Assembly: GCA_963832165.1 (NCBI GenBank) | Contig: CAWHTE010000011.1 | Coordinates: forward strand, 1 to 64,000 | DNA: 64,000 bases | Direction of reading: 5' to 3' | Source: an uncultured delta proteobacterium | GTDB lineage: Bacteria; Myxococcota_A; UBA9160; SMWR01 | In this document: positions 43,406 through 52,328 of the stretch, one piece after another | How the letters are laid out: each line of letters begins with the position of its first letter | Numbering within the stretch: the first letter of the stretch is position 1 | Notes under the pieces: model-generated | Told to the model about the DNA's origin: nothing | The model's input: the letters and a program-made list of their open reading frames with translations, nothing else | The model's database searches: none | Made by a program: the position numbers and the translations under genes

Positions 43406-44701
43406 TCAACGACTTCGCTCGAACGCCGCCGCGTCGGTAAGGCCGACCTGGTCGAGCAATGCCGCCCTGTGCGCGTGAAGCCGCGCCGCTTCGGGCTCGG
43501 CGGTGATCCAGCTGCACAGCTGATCGAACGCATCGTACCAGTAGCCCGACTCGGCATAGAGATGTGCGGCGCTCCCCGGAGCGGGCGCCGAGAGGCGCGC
43601 GGCGATCTCACCGGTGGGCGGCGCATAGCGGATCGCCCCCCCCGACACCACATCCTGCGAACGTCGCTCGGGGTTGCGCACGAGCGCGACGAACCATCGA
43701 TAGTCGACGCCCGATCGCAGCTGGACCGCGCGCGCAGCCAGGTCCAAACGGTGCACACCGGCCTCGTGCGGCCCGGGCAGCATCGCTTCCAGCAGCGGCT
43801 CCGACGCACTCGGGTCGACGATCGTCACCTCGACCGACAGCGGTGTCGGATCCGACAGGAACCAGTAGAGGGATGGAGATCCGTGCGAGGTCGCTCCTAC
43901 CTGCGCGGGGCTCAATGCCAGGGGAGGCGCGATCTCGGCTGCGGCGTTCCGCGTGGCATCCCCGACGCGAACGGAGGGTCCAGCCGCGAGCGCGCCGGGC
44001 GCGTAGAGCGGAGGTTCCGCGGGGACCAGCGCGGCGATCTGGATCGCGCCAGGCGGCTCGGCCGGCTCCGTCGTCTCCTCCGCGACGACCGCGGGCGCGG
44101 GGCGGGCCGGCAGGGCAGGCAGCTGTGGCGGCGCGGGTAGCGTCGTTAGTTCGGGTTCGGGTGGTGCTGGAGAGGGCGCTACCTCGGGCGGTGCTGCCGG
44201 CGGGCCGGGCTCGACCTTCGCCACGGGCGCAGGGGAAACCGGCGGAGTCTCGCGCGCCGGGCGCGAGAGCAGCACGGCCACCGGGATCGCGATCACCGCG
44301 ATGACGGCGGCCGCGAGTGCAGGCCACCACCGCGCCGTGGCGCGCCTATCGCGCGCGCGTGGGCGCGCCGCGGAAACCGCGGCGAAGTCGAAGCGCTGCA
44401 ACACGGCGAGCTCGGTGCGGCAGGCCGGGCAATTCGCGAGATGCGTTTCGAGCCGCGCACGTTCGTTCGGGGCCAGATGCGACGACGGCGATGCCAACGC
44501 GATGAGCTCGGCCTCGGATGCATGCGCCGCGCCCGCGCCGTCGGGCGATCCCAGGGCCGCCTTCAACGCCGCGAAGTCGCCTACCGCGCGCGAGCAGTCC
44601 GGGCAGATCGGATAGTGATCGCGGAATTCCGTCCACGCCGCCGCGTGCGGGTCGACGGCGAACTCAGCGAGATCGATGTCCCGAGCCCTGGTGCAGCGCA
44701 C
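43406..44701 (-). CDS. Putative anti-sigma factor: two HxxxCxxC zinc motifs, one TM helix, Pro-rich linker, C-terminal DUF928 domain
   Basis: HYPICPDC and HLANCPAC; WWPALAAAVIAVIAIPVAVLL; PSLYWFL..YRWFVAL..YAESGYWYDAF..LLDQVGL; directly downstream of an ECF sigma gene. Confidence 0.82.
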   Translation of the reverse strand: MRCTRARDIDLAEFAVDPHAAAWTEFRDHYPICPDCSRAVGDFAALKAALGSPDGAGAAHASEAELIALASPSSHLAPNERARLETHLANCPACRTELAVLQRFDFAAVSAARPRARDRRATARWWPALAAAVIAVIAIPVAVLLSRPARETPPVSPAPVAKVEPGPPAAPPEVAPSPAPPEPELTTLPAPPQLPALPARPAPAVVAEETTEPAEPPGAIQIAALVPAEPPLYAPGALAAGPSVRVGDATRNAAAEIAPPLALSPAQVGATSHGSPSLYWFLSDPTPLSVEVTIVDPSASEPLLEAMLPGPHEAGVHRLDLAARAVQLRSGVDYRWFVALVRNPERRSQDVVSGGAIRYAPPTGEIAARLSAPAPGSAAHLYAESGYWYDAFDQLCSWITAEPEAARLHAHRAALLDQVGLTDAAAFERSR

Positions 44702-44774
44702 CCGGCCCCCTCCCCATCACTCGGATGCAGTGTCGTTTCCACCCATGGAGGCCGTGGGCGGCGGCCGAATCAGA

Positions 44775-45329
44775 TCACTTTTCATCGCGGTGCTCCCGGA
44801 GAGCCTCCCGGAGCTCCGCGAGGCCATCCCGCAGGTACCGCTTGAGCGTCCCCAGCGGGATGCCGTTCGCCAGGGCCGCCTCCTCATAGGTCTGGCCTGC
44901 CCCATAGACGGCCACCACGAGATCGCGCTTCTTGTCGGAAATCTTTGCGAGCGCGCGCCGGAGGTCTTCGCGCGCTTCGGCTTCGAGCTGAACGGCGCGC
45001 GGGCTCTCGTCGCTGGCGATCACCTCTTCCCATGCGAGGTCCTTGCGTTGATTCAGCACGATTCTGAGTCGGTCTAAATACTTGAATCGTGCCGTCGTCT
45101 TGAGGAAGGCGACGATCGCCTGCGGGTCTCGCAGTCTGCCCGCGCGCACCGCCAAGGCTGCGGCGGCAATCACCTCTTGCACGACGTCCTCCCATTCGTC
45201 GCGAAAGTCGTAGGCGTTCCAGCGCACGAGGAAACCGTTCACGAGGCGGCTCGTCTGCGCGAGAGCCAGTCGATCGCCGGCGATCACCCGGTTCACCACC
45301 GCGATCCAGTCCCGCTCCTGCACCGACAC
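44775..45329 (-). CDS. ECF sigma-70 factor
   Basis: EDVVQEV, FKYLDRLR (region 2); TYEEAALANGIPLGTLKRYLRDGLAELR (region 4). Confidence 0.88.
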   Translation of the reverse strand: MSVQERDWIAVVNRVIAGDRLALAQTSRLVNGFLVRWNAYDFRDEWEDVVQEVIAAAALAVRAGRLRDPQAIVAFLKTTARFKYLDRLRIVLNQRKDLAWEEVIASDESPRAVQLEAEAREDLRRALAKISDKKRDLVVAVYGAGQTYEEAALANGIPLGTLKRYLRDGLAELREALREHRDEK

Positions 45330-45390
45330 CCGGCCAGCCTATCAAAAGGCCTTGCCGGACCGAGGATCGATCGTGTGATAATGCGGCTTC

Positions 45391-47124
45391 GTGTCCGCGG
45401 CGTGGCACAGGCGTCGATCCACGTGCGTGTCGGCGCTGTTCGCGGCGGCGTTCGCGTCGACGCCGGCCCGGGGACAGGTACCTCGCATCCCGTTCGAGCG
45501 CCCGGGAGATGTCCGACCCGAGGCCGAGTTACGGACACCCGAAGAGCGGCCGCACTTCACGCTTCCTCCAGTACCGCCGCCGACCGGCGAGGGGCCTCTT
45601 TCGGAGCACGCGCGCGTGGTCGCGCGCCAGTTCGTGGTGATCGGCAGCACGGTCTTCTCGGATCAAGAGCTCGCCGCCGTCACGGCGCCATACATCGGGC
45701 GTCCCCTGGCGGCCGAAGACCTCGAACATCTCCGCCAGCAGCTGACATTGCTCTACGTGAACGAGGGCTACCTGAATTCCGGAGCGCTGCTTCCCGATCA
45801 GCAGATCGAGGACGGGGTGATCCGATATCAGATCGTCGAGGGTCGGCTCACCGACGCCACCATCGAGGGGAACCGCCGGTTCCGCGATCGCTATCTCGAA
45901 AGTCGCATCCTGCGCGGCGCCGACACACCGCTCGACGTCTCGAAGCTCGCGGAACAGCTCGAGCTGCTCCAGCAGGACGCGCGCATCCGCCACATCGAGG
46001 CGGAGCTCTTGCCCGGCGAGCGCCCCGGCGAAGCGCGTCTGCGGACGACCTTCGAAGAGGAGTCTCCGCTGTTCGCTGCGCTGGAATTCAGCAACCACGA
46101 CTCACCGAGCGTCGGCCAGACCCGAATGCAAATTGACCTGGGCAATCACAACCTGACGGGCTGGGGCGACGCGCTTCGCGCCATGGGGGCGTGGAACCTG
46201 GGGCTGTGGGAGGGAGAGGTCGAATACGAGATCCCGATTACGCGGTGGGACACGAAGATCGGCGCGCGATTCCACTACGGCTCGAGCGAAGTCGTCGAGG
46301 AGCCTTTCGACGCGATCGACATCACGAGTCGGGAGCGCACGATCGCGATCGACGTGAGCCAGCCCCTGTACGAATCCGTGCGAAACCGGCTCGGCATCGG
46401 GCTCACTGCCGAATATCGCGAGACCAAGACCTATCTGCTGGACGAACTGTTTCCATTCGAGGAAGGAACCGACGACGGCCAGGTCGTCGTGAGCGTGATT
46501 CGCGCGAGCCAGGTATGGCTCTATCGCGACCTCAGACAGGTGATTTCCGCGCGGTCACAATTCAGCCTGGGCGTCGACGCGCTCGGTGCGACCACCGATC
46601 GGTGCGCATTCGATCTGAGCGGCGTGTGCACGAAGCGCGCTGGCATCCCGGATGCACACTTTCTCGCGTGGCTCGGCCAACTCCAGCTCGTGCGCCGCTT
46701 CGATCCATGGGGAATCGAGCCGGTCTTCCGCACCGATGTCCAGCTCGCAACGGAGCCGCTCTTCTCGCTCGAGCAATACGCCGTGGGTGGTCATCACACC
46801 GTTCGCGGCTACCGCGAGAACCAGCTCGTGCGCGACAACGGGCTTACGTCGTCGCTCGAGGTGCGCATTCCCGTCTGGACCGATGCCGCGCGCGAGCTGA
46901 CCGTGCAGCTCGCCCCGTTCTGCGACGCCGGCCGCTCGTGGAACCGCAAACGCGACGAGGTCAGCCCGCGCACGCTCGCGAGCGTGGGCGTCGGACTGCG
47001 CACGTCCTGGCGGCGCCTGCACGGAGAGCTCTTCTGGGGGCATCGCATCGAGCGAGTCGACAAGCCCGACGATCACACCCTCCACGACGAGGGCGTGCAC
47101 TTCGCGATCGCGGCGCGCTTCTGA
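45391..47124 (+). CDS. TpsB transporter (ShlB/FhaC/HecB family)
   Basis: POTRA domain GSTVFS..LYVNEGYLNSGA..IVEG; VRGY loop motif (TVRGYREN); C-terminal F. Confidence 0.92.
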   Translation: MSAAWHRRRSTCVSALFAAAFASTPARGQVPRIPFERPGDVRPEAELRTPEERPHFTLPPVPPPTGEGPLSEHARVVARQFVVIGSTVFSDQELAAVTAPYIGRPLAAEDLEHLRQQLTLLYVNEGYLNSGALLPDQQIEDGVIRYQIVEGRLTDATIEGNRRFRDRYLESRILRGADTPLDVSKLAEQLELLQQDARIRHIEAELLPGERPGEARLRTTFEEESPLFAALEFSNHDSPSVGQTRMQIDLGNHNLTGWGDALRAMGAWNLGLWEGEVEYEIPITRWDTKIGARFHYGSSEVVEEPFDAIDITSRERTIAIDVSQPLYESVRNRLGIGLTAEYRETKTYLLDELFPFEEGTDDGQVVVSVIRASQVWLYRDLRQVISARSQFSLGVDALGATTDRCAFDLSGVCTKRAGIPDAHFLAWLGQLQLVRRFDPWGIEPVFRTDVQLATEPLFSLEQYAVGGHHTVRGYRENQLVRDNGLTSSLEVRIPVWTDAARELTVQLAPFCDAGRSWNRKRDEVSPRTLASVGVGLRTSWRRLHGELFWGHRIERVDKPDDHTLHDEGVHFAIAARF

Positions 47125-47234
47125 GGCAGCCGCCGTCGCGTTTTCCAAAACATTGCTGACGCAATGACCGGATCTGTCACACGCGCCTGCGATCTTCGTT
47201 TTGCGCTCACCCACTCGGTCCCGACGAGGTCGGT

Positions 47235-48965
47235 GTGGAAGCACTCGCGGTGGTCCGGGCGTTCGACGCGCCCGATGCAGAGGATCGCCTCATCGAGCTG
47301 GCGCGCTCGGGAGCGCCGCTGCGCAGAGTGCTCGCGGCATTGGCCGGGCGGCTCGCCGCGACGCGCGCGTGGGATCGGCTCGGCTACGTGCGGCTGCGCG
47401 ACTACGCGGTCGAGCGGCTCGGTCTGTCAGCCCGCCAGGTGCAGGATCTCGCGCACGTCGATCGCGAGCTGCGTGGGCTGTCCGGCATCGACGCCGAGTT
47501 CGTCGCCGGACGGATCACGTGGACGAAGGCGCGGCTCCTGTGCCGGGTCGCGACGCCCGAGGACGAGGAGGCGTGGCTGGATCTGGCCCAGCGCCTGACC
47601 GCGCGCGCTCTCGCACGCGAGGTGCGCGCGGTGGATGCGCGGTCACTCGAAGCGGGCGGGTTGCTCGACAGCGACGAGGACGGCGTCGAAGACGTGCCGC
47701 GCGAGACGATCTGGCTATCCGTGACTCCGCGCGTGCGCGCGCGCTGGAGTCGCGCGCGGCTGCTCGCGCGCCGGGTCGCTGGGGAGGCGCTGTCGCAAGC
47801 CGCGGTGGCCGAGGTGATTTCTGCGGAAGTGATCTCGGCGATCGGCGTCGATGGGGATCCCAGGCTCGCCACGCCGCTTTACCTTTCGCGACCTGCAGTT
47901 CCGGGGCACGGTAGTCGTAGGGCGGGAGGAGCGGAAGGCGGATCCCGCCTTCCGCGGCTGGTACCTGATGACGGGATGCGCTGCGCTTTCCCGCCTTACG
48001 AGCTGCCGGCATTCCTCGCACCGCTCGTCGAGGGCCTCGAGTCCTGCGACGCGATCGAACTCGACGCGCGGCTGCGGCGGGCGCTGCGGATCGAACAGCG
48101 GTGGCTCGCGGAGATCGGCCCGCTGCTGCGCGAGGTCGCGCGCACGCGGAGCTACCGGTTCCGCGGCAGTCCGAATCTGGCGGTGTTCGCACGCGAGCGG
48201 CTCGGCGTGTCTCCGCGCAAGGCGCAGGCGCTGCTGCGGCTCGAGCGAGCCTGCGCGAATTCGCCGGAGCTGCGCGCCGCGTTCTCGAGCGGTCGCCTGT
48301 CCTGGGTACAGGCCCACGCGTTGATACCGATCGTCGTGCTCGAGCACGCCGAGCCGTGGCGCGCGGCGTGGGTGGCACACGCTGAGTCGGTCTCGGTGCG
48401 CCGCCTCGAGGAGGACGTGGAGCGCGCGATCGTCACCGGCGATCTCGAGGTGCAAACGGGTGCGCACTCCACGGTCGAAAAATCACAAGAGGAGTGCCTC
48501 GCGAATCAGAAAGGCATGGCCAGCCTGTTCTTTGCCGCATCCGCCGACGGGGCGCGCCTGTTCAAGGCGGTCCTCGCGACCGCACAGCGGCGGATCGAGC
48601 GGCGGAACGGCCGCACGGCGAGCGAGAGCGAGGCGCTCGACGCGATGCTCGAGCACTGCTTCGAGACCTGGACGCTGCCGAACGCAAAGGTGCAGCGCGA
48701 GCATCGCGTGTTCGAGCGCGACGGCTGGCGCTGCACGGTGCCAGGTTGCTCGTCCTTCCGGAACCTGCACGACCACCACGTCCAGTTCCGATCGGCGGGT
48801 GGCTCCAACGAGCTCTGGAATCGCACCACGCTTTGCGCGGCGCACCATCAGCGCAGCGTGCACGCGGGAATCGGGCGGATTCGCATCCGCGGCCGCGCGC
48901 CCGACGGGCTGCGCTTCGAGCTGCCGCTCCTAACTTATGGCCCGGGAGAACGGATTCTCCGCTGA
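47235..48965 (+). CDS. HNH endonuclease with a duplicated DUF222-like N-terminal domain
   Basis: RDGWRCTVPGC..HDHH..GGSNELWNRTTLCAAHH; two homologous blocks ERLGLSAR..GRITW and ERLGVSPR..GRLSW. Confidence 0.85.
   Translation: MEALAVVRAFDAPDAEDRLIELARSGAPLRRVLAALAGRLAATRAWDRLGYVRLRDYAVERLGLSARQVQDLAHVDRELRGLSGIDAEFVAGRITWTKARLLCRVATPEDEEAWLDLAQRLTARALAREVRAVDARSLEAGGLLDSDEDGVEDVPRETIWLSVTPRVRARWSRARLLARRVAGEALSQAAVAEVISAEVISAIGVDGDPRLATPLYLSRPAVPGHGSRRAGGAEGGSRLPRLVPDDGMRCAFPPYELPAFLAPLVEGLESCDAIELDARLRRALRIEQRWLAEIGPLLREVARTRSYRFRGSPNLAVFARERLGVSPRKAQALLRLERACANSPELRAAFSSGRLSWVQAHALIPIVVLEHAEPWRAAWVAHAESVSVRRLEEDVERAIVTGDLEVQTGAHSTVEKSQEECLANQKGMASLFFAASADGARLFKAVLATAQRRIERRNGRTASESEALDAMLEHCFETWTLPNAKVQREHRVFERDGWRCTVPGCSSFRNLHDHHVQFRSAGGSNELWNRTTLCAAHHQRSVHAGIGRIRIRGRAPDGLRFELPLLTYGPGERILR
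47915..48001. repeat. 87-bp REP doublet (REPIN/BIME-like) within the HNH reading frame
   Basis: TCGTAGGGCGGGA ... TCCCGCCTTACGA, 12/13 inverted match; each half matches an intergenic REP elsewhere in the window. Confidence 0.85.
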
Positions 48966-48974
48966 GGGGCTCCG

Positions 48975-50876
48975 CTACTCGTCGCGCGACAGGTAGGTGT
49001 ACTCCTGGAGCCCCTGGTCGTAGCGCTTGACCAGCCGAGCGCTCTCCTCCGAGGTCATCTCGCCCTTGCGCAGCGCCTGCTCGATCGTGCGGCGCACCTT
49101 CTCGACGAGCGCGCGGCGGTCGTACTGGACGTAGGCGAGCACCTCGTCGACCCCGTCGCCCTCGACCACGTGCTCCACCGTGTAGCCGCCCTCCTCGGAG
49201 AGCCGCACGTGCACGGCGTCGGTGTCGCCGAACAGGTTGTGCAGGTCGCCCAGGATCTCCTGATAGGCGCCGACCAGGAACATGCCGATGTAGTACGGCT
49301 GCCCATTCCAGCTGTGCAGCTCGAGCACGTCCTTGACGTCGTGGAGGTCGATGAACTGGTCGATCTTGCCGTCGCTGTCGCAGGTCAGGTCGGCGAACAC
49401 GCCGCGCCGGGTCGGCTTCTCGTCGAGCCGGTGGATCGGCAGGATCGGGAACAGCTGCTTCACGGCCCAGTGGTCGGGCGCCGACTGGAACACCGAGAGG
49501 TTGGCGTAGTAGGTGTCGGCCAGGCTCTTCTCGAGATCCTCGAGCTCTTCGGGCACCTCGGGCAGCTCGCGCAGGATGCGCAGGATCTTCGCGCAGCAGC
49601 AGTAGAACAGCCGCTCCACGCTCGCGCGCGCGCGCAGGTCGAGGTAGCCGAGCGCGAACAGCGTCGCGGCCTCCTCCTTGAGCTGGAGCGCGTCGTGGTA
49701 GGCCTCGGGCAGGTTCTTCTTGGTGATCGAATCCATCACCTCGCCGAGGTTCTTGACCACCCTGTGGTCGGCGTCGGTGACCGGCGGCGGCGCTTGGCTC
49801 GACAGCACCTCGTTCACACCGAGCACGTCGAATACGAGCACCGAGTGGTGCGCCACCATCGCGCGCCCGGCCTCGGTCACGATGTCGGGGTGCGGCACGC
49901 GCGCGGCGTCGCACGCCTCCTGGATCACCGCCACCACGTCGTTCGCGTACTCCTGGGTGGAGTAGTTCTTCGAGGAGTGGAAGTTGGTGCGCGAGCCGTC
50001 GTAGTCGACGCCGAGCCCGCCGCCGACGTCGAGGATGGTCGGGCGCGCGCCGAGCTGGTGCAGGCCCACGAAGATCCGGCTCGCCTCGGCGAGCGCGTCC
50101 TTGTGGGCGCGGATCGCGGTGATCTGCGAGCCGATGTGGAAGTGCAGCAGCTCCAGGCAGTCGAGCATGTCCTCGTCGCGCAGCCGGTCGACCGCCTCGA
50201 CGATCTCGAGCGCGGACAGGCCGAACTTCGAGCGGTCTCCCGTCGAATCCACCCACTTGCCCGCGCCCTTCGCGGTGAGCCGAGCCCGCACGCCGATGTG
50301 CGGGCGGATGCCGAGCTCGCGCGAGGTCTTGATCAGGAGGTCGATCTCGTGGAAGCGGTCGATCACGATGATCGGAGTGCGGCCGATCCGCTGGGCCAGG
50401 AGCGCCGTCTCGATGTAGGCGCGGTCCTTGTAACCGTTGCAGACGATCAGTGCGCCGGGCGTGTCGAGCAGCGCGAGCGCGATCAGGAGCTCGGGCTTGC
50501 TGCCGGCCTCGAGGCCGACCCGGCCCTCCGCCCCGTACTGCACGATCTCCTCGACCACGTGCCGCTGCTGGTTCACCTTGATCGGGTAGACGCCGCGGAA
50601 CGCGCCCCGGTAGCCGTACTCGCGGATCGCGTTGCCGAACGCGTGCGAGATGCCGCGCACGCGCGCGGAGAGGATGTCGGAGAAGCGGATCAAGAGCGGT
50701 GCGCGCAGGCCGCGCTGCTCGAGGTCGCGCACGAGGTCGAGCAGGTCGATGCCGCCGTTCGCGGGGCCCTGCGGGCGCACTTCCACGTGACCGCGATCGT
50801 TCACGGTGAAGAAGCCCGCGCCCCAGGCCTCGAGGTTGTAGAGCTCGAGGCTGTCGCGGTGGGTCCAACCATGCAT
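48975..50876 (-). CDS. speA: Biosynthetic arginine decarboxylase
   Basis: VYPIKVNQ, GLEAGSKPEL, HFHIGSQI, DVGGGLGVDYDG, DLTCDSDG, GAYQEILGDLHNLFG. Confidence 0.96.
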   Translation of the reverse strand: MHGWTHRDSLELYNLEAWGAGFFTVNDRGHVEVRPQGPANGGIDLLDLVRDLEQRGLRAPLLIRFSDILSARVRGISHAFGNAIREYGYRGAFRGVYPIKVNQQRHVVEEIVQYGAEGRVGLEAGSKPELLIALALLDTPGALIVCNGYKDRAYIETALLAQRIGRTPIIVIDRFHEIDLLIKTSRELGIRPHIGVRARLTAKGAGKWVDSTGDRSKFGLSALEIVEAVDRLRDEDMLDCLELLHFHIGSQITAIRAHKDALAEASRIFVGLHQLGARPTILDVGGGLGVDYDGSRTNFHSSKNYSTQEYANDVVAVIQEACDAARVPHPDIVTEAGRAMVAHHSVLVFDVLGVNEVLSSQAPPPVTDADHRVVKNLGEVMDSITKKNLPEAYHDALQLKEEAATLFALGYLDLRARASVERLFYCCCAKILRILRELPEVPEELEDLEKSLADTYYANLSVFQSAPDHWAVKQLFPILPIHRLDEKPTRRGVFADLTCDSDGKIDQFIDLHDVKDVLELHSWNGQPYYIGMFLVGAYQEILGDLHNLFGDTDAVHVRLSEEGGYTVEHVVEGDGVDEVLAYVQYDRRALVEKVRRTIEQALRKGEMTSEESARLVKRYDQGLQEYTYLSRDE

Positions 50877-50959
50877 GGGCGACGCTCCCCTGGTCAGAAT
50901 CGCGCGCATTGTAGGGACAAACAACCGCTTCGCGTCAGCGAAAATCGTGCCGAGTCCCT

Positions 50960-52264
50960 TCAGTCGGTCGGCAGCGGCTCCTCGCTCTGTTCGCCGCTGG
51001 CCAGATCGCGGACGAGCACGACGCCTCGCGCGAGCTCTTCCGGACCCAGCAGATAGATGAACCGTGCGCCCGCGCGATCGGCATCGGCGAGCGCGCGCTT
51101 GAGCTTCATCGGCGCGAGCACGAGCTCCGCGGACCGTCCGCCCGCGCGCAGGCGCTGCGCCACCCGGATCGCCGCGGGTCGTTCTGCCTCAGTGAACGGG
51201 AACACCACGGCGTCCAACGCGCGCGCGCACGCGGGCCGCACGCCCTCGTCGCGGAGCAGCTCTTCGATCACCGCGTCGCCGAAGCCGAACCCCACCGCGG
51301 GCATCGCGGGGCCGCCGAGCGCCTCGAGCAGGCGGTCGTAGCGTCCGCCGCCGCAGATCGCGCGCAGCTTGCGGCCCGCGTCGAACGCCTCGAACACGAT
51401 CCCGGTGTAGTACGCGAGGCCGCGCACGATCGAGGCGTCGAACTCCACGCGGTCGGAGAGGCCGTAGGCGTCGAGCAGCTCGAACAGGCGCAGCAGGTCG
51501 CGGCGCGCGGCCGAGTCCGCGGGCAGCCCCGCGGCCGCGGTCTGCACATCGCGCACCGCGAGCCACTCGACCACCTCGCGCGCGGACGCCGCGGAGAGCC
51601 GGATCGCGCCGTTCGGGTCCGTGAGCTGCTCCTGGACTGCGTCGGCTCCGATCTTGTCGATCTTGTCGATCGCGATGCAGAGCGCCGGGAACGCCTCGCC
51701 GCGGCCGCGCAGCGCGCCCGCGGAGAGCGTCTCTTCGAGCAGCGCGCGGCTGCTGATCCCGATCCGCACCGCACCCCGCGCGAGCCCGAGCCGGTCGATC
51801 AGCGCGAACACCGAAGCGATCAGCTCGGCCTCGGCCGCGACCCCGGGCTCGCCCCAGATGTCCATGTTCCACTGGTAGTGCTCGCGGCGACGCCCGCGCG
51901 TCATGCGCTCGTAGCGCCAGCACTGCGCGATCGTCGTCCAGCGCAGTGGCAGCCGCAGGCTGCCCGCTCGCGCCATCACCATGCGCGCGAGCGAGGGCGT
52001 GAACTCCGGGCGCAGCGCATAGCGGCGTTCGTGCAGCTCGAAGTGGAACAGCTGCTCCGTGATCTCCTCGCCGGCCTTGCGCGTGAACAGCTCTGCGAAC
52101 TCGAGCACGGGCGCGTCGACGCCCTCGAAGCCGAACTCGCGCGAGACCGCGCGAAAGTGCTCGAACAGCCAGTCGCGGAAGCGCAGGTCTTCGGGGTAGA
52201 AGTCGCGCGTACCGCGCGGCGGCTGCAGGGGAGATCCGCTCTTCTCGCTCACGGCGCGTTCCAT
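50960..52264 (-). CDS. hisS: Histidine--tRNA ligase
   Basis: PRGTRDFYP, LRPEFT, WRYER..GRRREHYQ, RGLAYYTG, GGGRYD, anticodon-binding domain. Confidence 0.94.
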   Translation of the reverse strand: MERAVSEKSGSPLQPPRGTRDFYPEDLRFRDWLFEHFRAVSREFGFEGVDAPVLEFAELFTRKAGEEITEQLFHFELHERRYALRPEFTPSLARMVMARAGSLRLPLRWTTIAQCWRYERMTRGRRREHYQWNMDIWGEPGVAAEAELIASVFALIDRLGLARGAVRIGISSRALLEETLSAGALRGRGEAFPALCIAIDKIDKIGADAVQEQLTDPNGAIRLSAASAREVVEWLAVRDVQTAAAGLPADSAARRDLLRLFELLDAYGLSDRVEFDASIVRGLAYYTGIVFEAFDAGRKLRAICGGGRYDRLLEALGGPAMPAVGFGFGDAVIEELLRDEGVRPACARALDAVVFPFTEAERPAAIRVAQRLRAGGRSAELVLAPMKLKRALADADRAGARFIYLLGPEELARGVVLVRDLASGEQSEEPLPTD

Positions 52265-52328
52265 ACCACAGGGCCCCCGTACGTGCCTTTTGCTAGACAA
52301 GCCCCGCTTGCGAATCCGCGGAGGAACC

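Noticed and set aside
35833..48965. CRISPR-associated (Craspase-like) or CDI toxin interpretation of the CHAT/TPS/HNH locus
   Set aside because: No CRISPR array or cas gene and no toxin tip or immunity gene. The HNH gene is of a sporadic, mobile type and may be unrelated to the locus.
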